A stretch of DNA of 64,000 nucleotides from Candidatus Multivoradales bacterium. Its GTDB lineage: Bacteria > Acidobacteriota > Thermoanaerobaculia > Multivoradales > JAHEKO01. The stretch covers positions 832,001 through 896,000 of the forward strand of contig CBDFIJ010000004.1 in the NCBI GenBank assembly GCA_965248055.1. The letters run 5' to 3'. A model generated the notes under the pieces. That model did no database searches, was not told where the DNA came from, and saw only the letters and a program-made list of their open reading frames with translations. Position numbers and translations under genes: made by a program. Each line of letters starts with the position of its first letter. Position 1 is the stretch's first letter. Of the stretch, positions 58,485 through 64,000 are shown piece after piece.

Positions 58485-59255
58485 ATGATGCTCAAGCGAC
58501 TCCTGATACTGACAATCACCGTAGCAGTTCTCTCACCCACGCTCCTCGCCTCTCAAGCCAACGACCTTGACCCTTCCAGAATCCGCATGGCCGAGTCGGC
58601 AACCGACAAGGGCAACGCATTTCTCAAGAAAGAGAAGTATGAGCGCGCAGAAGGGGAATTCCGTCGGGCGATCGAGCACGAAAAACGATATCCGTCGGCG
58701 CATCTCGGCTTGGGTGCCACTCTGGTAGCCACGGCACGCTTTGACGAGGCCGTGACCGCCTTGCAAGATGCGGAACAACAATTCGCAGACTGGTTGGCGA
58801 TGAATCAAGTTGCCGGACTGCAAAATCGCCAGGCGTTCGCGGCCAGAGAGCGGAAAGCGCTGGACGCTGCTCGCCAGAGCGGGGCCTCGAACACTGGCAG
58901 TGGCAACGTTAATACCGGGGCCGTAATGCGGGAAGTCGAGATGGAGCGCCACATGGCCGACCGCATTCGCCCAGAAGATGTGGCGGGCATCCCAGCTCAG
59001 GTGTTCTACCTCAAGGGGCTGGCGCTGCTGCGCATCGGCAGTCGCGACCAAGGAATCGAATCGCTGTTGACATGCCTGTATATCGACCGCAAACACGCCC
59101 TCTCTCACTACAACCTTTCGGTCGCTTTCTTCACCGGAGGGGAGTTGCAGTCAGCCAAGCAGCATCTGGATGCTGCAATCGAGAATGGAGCCAGTCCGCA
59201 CCCGCAGTTTGTTGCAGACCTTGATGCGGCGCTGAATCGGCAGGCTCCATCATAG
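58485..59255 (+). CDS. Secreted TPR protein (paralog 1)
   Basis: Signal peptide; TPRs; GIPAQVFYL..HALSHYNL..PHPQFVADL. Confidence 0.85.
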   Translation: MMLKRLLILTITVAVLSPTLLASQANDLDPSRIRMAESATDKGNAFLKKEKYERAEGEFRRAIEHEKRYPSAHLGLGATLVATARFDEAVTALQDAEQQFADWLAMNQVAGLQNRQAFAARERKALDAARQSGASNTGSGNVNTGAVMREVEMERHMADRIRPEDVAGIPAQVFYLKGLALLRIGSRDQGIESLLTCLYIDRKHALSHYNLSVAFFTGGELQSAKQHLDAAIENGASPHPQFVADLDAALNRQAPS

Positions 59256-59269
59256 GAGTGATTGAGTAG

Positions 59270-60085
59270 GTGGCGCTGGCGGTCCAATCTGCTACCCTCG
59301 CTGAAACTATGGACTTGCGTCGGCCCCTCACGTTCGCAGCCTGCTTCGTTTTCGCCAGCTCGATAAACGCTGGGCCAAGTCGTGACATCAACCCTGCGCG
59401 TCTCAAGATGGCGCGCTCTCTGACCGATCAAGGAGACGTCTTTCTGCGCCGAGGCGATTACGAGCGCGCCGAAGAGGCCTTTGTTCACGCCACTGAGCAG
59501 GAACCGAGATACGCAGCAGCCTATCTCGGACTGGGAGCTACCCTGGTCGCCACCCAACGCTTTGAGGCTGCGATAACCGTTCTGCAGGAAGCTGAACGCA
59601 GGTTCGCCGAATGGCAACAAATGCATCAGGTGGCGGGACTGGTTGATCGCCAACACAACGCCGACCGGTCTCGAGAGATCCGAGACTTCGCAGCACAATT
59701 GAGGCAACGCACCCCCGCGAGCGCTGGCCCCACCGTCGAGCAAAACCTGCGGCGAGAAATCGACACCGCGGATCGTGGGCGGTTTGTTGCCGATCGTTTG
59801 CGTCCCGATCTTGTCGATGGAATCCCCGCTCAGGTGTTCTATCTGGAGGGGTTGGCGCTGCTACGCATTGGTCGAGCCGCGGACGGAATTGAGGCGCTCC
59901 GAACTGCTCTACTGCTGGACTCGAAGCATGCGCTGTCGCACTACAATTTAGCCGTAGCGTTGTATGTCCGAGGGGAGCTAGAACCGGCCAAGCTCCACCT
60001 CGACACAGCCGTCGACGAGGGCGCCCAGCCCCATCCCCAATTTGTTGCCGATCTCAACCAAGCGCTAGACGCAGCTTTGAACTAG
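59270..60085 (+). CDS. Secreted TPR protein (paralog 2)
   Basis: Same motifs as 58485-59255; start may be ATG 59309. Confidence 0.85.
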   Translation: MALAVQSATLAETMDLRRPLTFAACFVFASSINAGPSRDINPARLKMARSLTDQGDVFLRRGDYERAEEAFVHATEQEPRYAAAYLGLGATLVATQRFEAAITVLQEAERRFAEWQQMHQVAGLVDRQHNADRSREIRDFAAQLRQRTPASAGPTVEQNLRREIDTADRGRFVADRLRPDLVDGIPAQVFYLEGLALLRIGRAADGIEALRTALLLDSKHALSHYNLAVALYVRGELEPAKLHLDTAVDEGAQPHPQFVADLNQALDAALN

Positions 60086-61260
60086 TCGAGCTGCTCTTGC
60101 GCTTCTTGATCCTCTGCGACGAGGGCCGCCGCAGAAGGTAGAGTTTCGAGCTGCCGCAACAAGCTGCCTGCCCAGCGACCCACCTCAGACGCCAGCTGTT
60201 GTGACGCTTCAGCCGTAGGTTTTCGCTTCAAGGCCCGGTCGCGGTTGGCACCAACGATTCCGCCGCGATCACCTGCCATTTCCCGCTCGGCCAAATAGCA
60301 GGACACGACCGAGGCCAGCTCATAGTGATGTTCACGGTGAAGAGGGCTATAGAAAGTAGATCTATCGGCTGCAAACACCGGCTCAAGATCCAATTCCAAC
60401 CGCTGTGCCGACTCACGCGTGCGGGCGAAGACCGCTCTGGTACCGGTATGCGTAACAGAAGTCTGTTGCTCGCTAAACCCCGCCCGGTGATAGACCAGCA
60501 CCGGACTGAAGGTCGTCGACCCTTCAAGAGTTCCTTGATCGCTCAACAAGCCAAAACAACCTGCGACACCTTCCTCAAGCCAAACTGGGAGATGATCTCC
60601 GAGCGCCACCCGGTTGAGCAGGTGAACAGCCTCATGGGTCACCGCCTTTTCGGTTGCTGACCATGAGTCGCCAACCAGCACTGCCGCCACCCGGCCAGCA
60701 GCCAATGCTGAATGGTCGCTTCCCTCGCCACTCTGGTATCGCTGCCAAAACTGCTGATACTCGCGCGGTTCGACCATGATCGCGATCCAGGACACCGCGC
60801 GATCCAGTTCGAACTCGCCATACCGCTGGCGGTAGCGACCCGGCAACTGTTCTAGCAGGCCCTGGTAAGTGGCCACTTCGTCTCCATCAGGAAGATCAGT
60901 CAGCAACCACACCCATCCCAAGTTGCGGCACCACAGCCCACTCGCTGGATCCACATCGGCACAGGGCGAGGACAAAACTTGCTGCGGAAGATGAGAACCG
61001 TAGTCGGGCTTTTCCAGCCAGCCTGACCGACCCAAGTAAACGACTCGGACCCACCCCGCGACACCCTCGCTCACCCTCAGTTCGACCAGGGTTTGAACGC
61101 GCGCCACTTCCTGCCCGTGTGGCCCAGGACGATTCCATAGAACGCTACCGCTATCGGCCCAAACCGTTGTCGGCTGCTGCTGGGCGTGAGCAACCCCCGG
61201 CGTCGCCAGCGCGCAGCAGAGCAGGAATCCGTTGAACGTCGTCGCTGAAACTCTGGCCAC
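60082..61260 (-). CDS. Secreted SH3-like + gluzincin-type (HExxH) metallopeptidase-like protein
   Basis: GWVRV.Y.G..GW, THEAVH..LPVWLEEGVA; probable GTG start at 61260. Confidence 0.7.
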   Translation of the reverse strand: MARVSATTFNGFLLCCALATPGVAHAQQQPTTVWADSGSVLWNRPGPHGQEVARVQTLVELRVSEGVAGWVRVVYLGRSGWLEKPDYGSHLPQQVLSSPCADVDPASGLWCRNLGWVWLLTDLPDGDEVATYQGLLEQLPGRYRQRYGEFELDRAVSWIAIMVEPREYQQFWQRYQSGEGSDHSALAAGRVAAVLVGDSWSATEKAVTHEAVHLLNRVALGDHLPVWLEEGVAGCFGLLSDQGTLEGSTTFSPVLVYHRAGFSEQQTSVTHTGTRAVFARTRESAQRLELDLEPVFAADRSTFYSPLHREHHYELASVVSCYLAEREMAGDRGGIVGANRDRALKRKPTAEASQQLASEVGRWAGSLLRQLETLPSAAALVAEDQEAQEQLD

Positions 61261-61261
61261 G

Positions 61262-62578
61262 CTAGTGAACACTGTCACCAATACTGCGTTTGGGTTCGAC
61301 CAAGATTTCCTGCGGCAGATGAAGACCAGAAATCCATGCGACCCGCTGATCGTCAACGATCGTCCGCAGGCGGGAGATCGCGCGTTCAACCGAACGCGGC
61401 GACCACAAATGCTGCACCTCGCCCCAACGACTGGGGCCATCTTCTCCTACCGCCCACACCAGCAACGGCACCCGCAACTCGGCCAGAAAGGACCTCGCCT
61501 CCGCAGCCGTGAAGCGATCGCCAGTGGGCGCCGTGAGGTCGCCAGGTGACTGCACCTCGGTGACCAGCACTACCCCCCGGCGCCGACTGCGTGATGCCGC
61601 CAAAAGACCCGCCACAGCCACCGCATCTGCCAGTCGTACGTCAGAGGGGTGGATCGCGTGAGGAGGACTGGTGCGGCGCAGGATCTCCACTAAGCTGCCG
61701 TCTCTACGAGTCAGATCACGGGAGTAATCAAAGAGCTGGGTGCTCTGAGCATTTGGATGACCATCGGAAGCCATCGGCCAAACAAAACGAACCCAGTCTT
61801 GATCTTCTAATACCGAGATCTCTTCAGCAAAAGCGGCTCCCCTGCCGGCCCTGCGCTCTCGGCGCTTGAGGGTTGCCACATCGAGGCGCTCACCAAACTC
61901 GCCTATGACGGCCGGATCGACCACCATGATGATCTGTGCCGGCCCGCGCTCCACAGCCAGCAATCGCGGTGATCGGCCATCAACCGACACCCCTCGAAAC
62001 GATGCCCCAACTCGGTCTGCACTGTCGTGACGAATCGGAATGGCGGTCAATTCAACGTCTTCACGAATGAGCTCTCCACCTCGCAACACGACGTCGGCGG
62101 TAGCAACCGAGAAGTCAGGAAACTCGACTTCCAAACGAACGAGTTCGATCTCCTGATCACCGGTCGGCAATGCTACCCAAGCCGGATCTTCGATTTCGAC
62201 ACCCACGCCACCCACTGTAAGGCGTAGCTCTCGAGGTTGGTGGCCGAGAACATGTGCCCAACGCAGCCGCAACGCGGCCTGGTCAGAGTCCGCCTTGACG
62301 AGTTCGATTCCCGCCTTGGCTGGCCCGCTTGGCAAGTTGATCCACTGTTCACTCTCGGCGGTTACCGTTCCTGCGCGATCCATCGCCTGTGCAACGAGAA
62401 GATGGGGACTAAGGCCTTCGCCGAAGTCGACATCAGCCTGCCACGGAGATCCCTTCAGTTCTGCCACTGGCTGATGGTCCAGGAACAGGCGAACCAGTGC
62501 GGTTGCTGCGGGCGGCTGAAGCTCCACAGTTGTTGGCCCCACGACTAGGCCTAGAAAGATGGTGACAAAGATGTTCAA
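61262..62578 (-). CDS. Conserved hypothetical protein (Ig-like N-domain + degenerate VWA-like region)
   Basis: PWQADVDFG..PH.L.A.A..EQWINLP, RLADAVAVAG; TTGA overlap with the VWA gene. Confidence 0.7.
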   Translation of the reverse strand: MNIFVTIFLGLVVGPTTVELQPPAATALVRLFLDHQPVAELKGSPWQADVDFGEGLSPHLLVAQAMDRAGTVTAESEQWINLPSGPAKAGIELVKADSDQAALRLRWAHVLGHQPRELRLTVGGVGVEIEDPAWVALPTGDQEIELVRLEVEFPDFSVATADVVLRGGELIREDVELTAIPIRHDSADRVGASFRGVSVDGRSPRLLAVERGPAQIIMVVDPAVIGEFGERLDVATLKRRERRAGRGAAFAEEISVLEDQDWVRFVWPMASDGHPNAQSTQLFDYSRDLTRRDGSLVEILRRTSPPHAIHPSDVRLADAVAVAGLLAASRSRRRGVVLVTEVQSPGDLTAPTGDRFTAAEARSFLAELRVPLLVWAVGEDGPSRWGEVQHLWSPRSVERAISRLRTIVDDQRVAWISGLHLPQEILVEPKRSIGDSVH

Positions 62579-63681
62579 CGACGCCTATTACCCTCCGGTA
62601 AATAGAAGTAGCCAGGTCTCGCCACCACCTTCAAATTGGGATTGGCAACCTCCACTTCCACCTCGCGGAATCCTTCGTCTTGAGGCGTGTGTTGCACTTG
62701 ATAGCTGACCATGTAGTAGGCAACATTGCTCACCGCGATGTCTTCCATACGCGCTGCGAATCGCTCCACATAGGGGGCAAAGTCACCGCCAGTGTCACTG
62801 GCGATCTGCTGCAAAGTCGCGCTTTGTGAATGCTTTATTCCGGTGGGCGTGGTGTCGACTGGAAATACCGACACGTTGTTGTCATCCAACTTGGCGATCA
62901 GTTCGTCATAGCGTCGGCGGTCTGGCCACGCCATCCCTTGGCTCGTATTGTCCAAATCTCCAAAACCGGGGGAGTAGAGCACTAGGATCTTACGACCGAC
63001 GATACGGCCGGAAGCGTCTGCCAATAGCCCCAGAGCGTCATAGATGTTGGTTGAGGCTCGGATCAGCTCGCGATCACGGGGCAGCTCGGCAGATAGTTCC
63101 CATGGTGATCCGTCACCCTGTCGCCAAGGTCCAGACTTGGCGCGTTTTCCGCGCCCGGCGTTCTCGATACCAGTACGCAACGCCTCTCGATCTTGGGTGA
63201 AATCCTGCAGAATACTCAGCGAGGTCTGATAGGAAACAACCGCGATCCAATCACTCGGCCCTGGGCCGGACTCCAACCACTCCGAGAGATCGCGGCTCAT
63301 CTGCAACCTACGGCGGATTGCACCGGTGCGCTCGAACTCGGTACCCAATGGAGTGTGAACCACCAGCATGATAAAGCGGCTGTCGGGGTTGCGATCGGCA
63401 CTCCCGGTGTTGCGGGTCGAGTATCCGTTGACTCCGACCACATTCATCGGAACCCCGTTCTCGGTGACGGAGAAATCGCTCGGTGCCAGCCCGAGCACCG
63501 CATTGCCGAACCGATCGGTTACCCGTACGTCGATCGACACCTCAGTGACGTCGATTTCATCTCCAAACTCGGGTACGTTCTTGTCGGCGGCCTCTTGAGC
63601 GACTGAAACTGCACTGACGGCTAACACCGACAACAGCCAGATCGTGAGGCTAAGAATTGAACGGTTGGTTCTTATTGTCAT
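62575..63681 (-). CDS. VWFA-related (acidobacterial-type) domain protein
   Basis: Signal peptide, IDVRVTD..GL..SDF.V.ENG, QDFTQD, GRKIL..S.G, TGG, YY..Y..RPGY. Confidence 0.88.
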   Translation of the reverse strand: MTIRTNRSILSLTIWLLSVLAVSAVSVAQEAADKNVPEFGDEIDVTEVSIDVRVTDRFGNAVLGLAPSDFSVTENGVPMNVVGVNGYSTRNTGSADRNPDSRFIMLVVHTPLGTEFERTGAIRRRLQMSRDLSEWLESGPGPSDWIAVVSYQTSLSILQDFTQDREALRTGIENAGRGKRAKSGPWRQGDGSPWELSAELPRDRELIRASTNIYDALGLLADASGRIVGRKILVLYSPGFGDLDNTSQGMAWPDRRRYDELIAKLDDNNVSVFPVDTTPTGIKHSQSATLQQIASDTGGDFAPYVERFAARMEDIAVSNVAYYMVSYQVQHTPQDEGFREVEVEVANPNLKVVARPGYFYLPEGNRRR

Positions 63682-63926
63682 CGCGTCACCATTTTTACGA
63701 AACTAGAGTGAATGGGGATTGGCAGCATCAAGCCTTCGGATTCGGTAGATCTCCCGACCAGGAAGAGGGTTAGTGAGACTACTTGCCTACAGTCCTATTG
63801 TAACCACTTGTTGGGCGGAACCCTGGGTGCTCGATGACTCGGTGGCCAATCCCGGGGCGCCCTTGTTCTTCGTCAGGTGGCCGTCCAGCGTTCATCGCAG
63901 TTTCAACGTCACAAGTTTCTTTTGCA

Positions 63927-64000
63927 CTAGCAACTGACGGTTGGTGCTCGCTCGCCCTTGAGATAGCGCACCACGTCGGAGATATCGATCAGTAAGGAAA
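63927..64000 (-). CDS. Possible 3' end of a gene running off the window
   Basis: Open frame ..SLLIDISDVVRYLKGERAPTVSC-stop; too short to assign. Confidence 0.3.
   Translation of the reverse strand, partial: SLLIDISDVVRYLKGERAPTVSC

Overview
Bacterial DNA whose gene content (VWFA-related proteins, CRTAC1/ASPIC, Oar-like TonB receptor, many TPR proteins, ECF/anti-sigma/CHAT cluster) suggests Acidobacteriota; the taxonomy is inference. Layout: (1) 1-7.9 kb, minus-strand module of ECF sigma, zinc-finger membrane anti-sigma, TPR-CHAT caspase-like protease and an S8 protease with an Asp/Pro tandem repeat; (2) 8.2-14 kb, surface-glycan operon (GT-C-like, GT4, coiled-coil methyltransferase) ending in a homolog of the uncharacterised human protein C4orf33; (3) about 14.7-34.8 kb, defence/accessory island with a type I R-M system interleaved with a DUF4062-ATPase-like-wHTH gene, three Fic genes, frameshifted DUF429, YgjP, GIY-YIG/DUF4357, gene remnants and mazEF; (4) 34.9-45 kb, pterin carbinolamine dehydratase, di-heme cytochrome-TPR, a repeat-frameshifted SnoaL lipoprotein, class II RNR with NrdR boxes, BON, hemolysin III, EamA and an IS5-family element; (5) 45-64 kb, envelope/secreted proteins. 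Main candidates for novelty: the protease-sigma cascade; a duplicated hsdM 3' end forming a 30-aa mini-ORF that keeps hsdS coupled after a cargo insertion; a private short-repeat array beside each HTH-bearing island gene; and nested inverted REP-like elements bracketing the island. No rRNA, tRNA or CRISPR array was seen. All family assignments are from motif recognition, not database searches.
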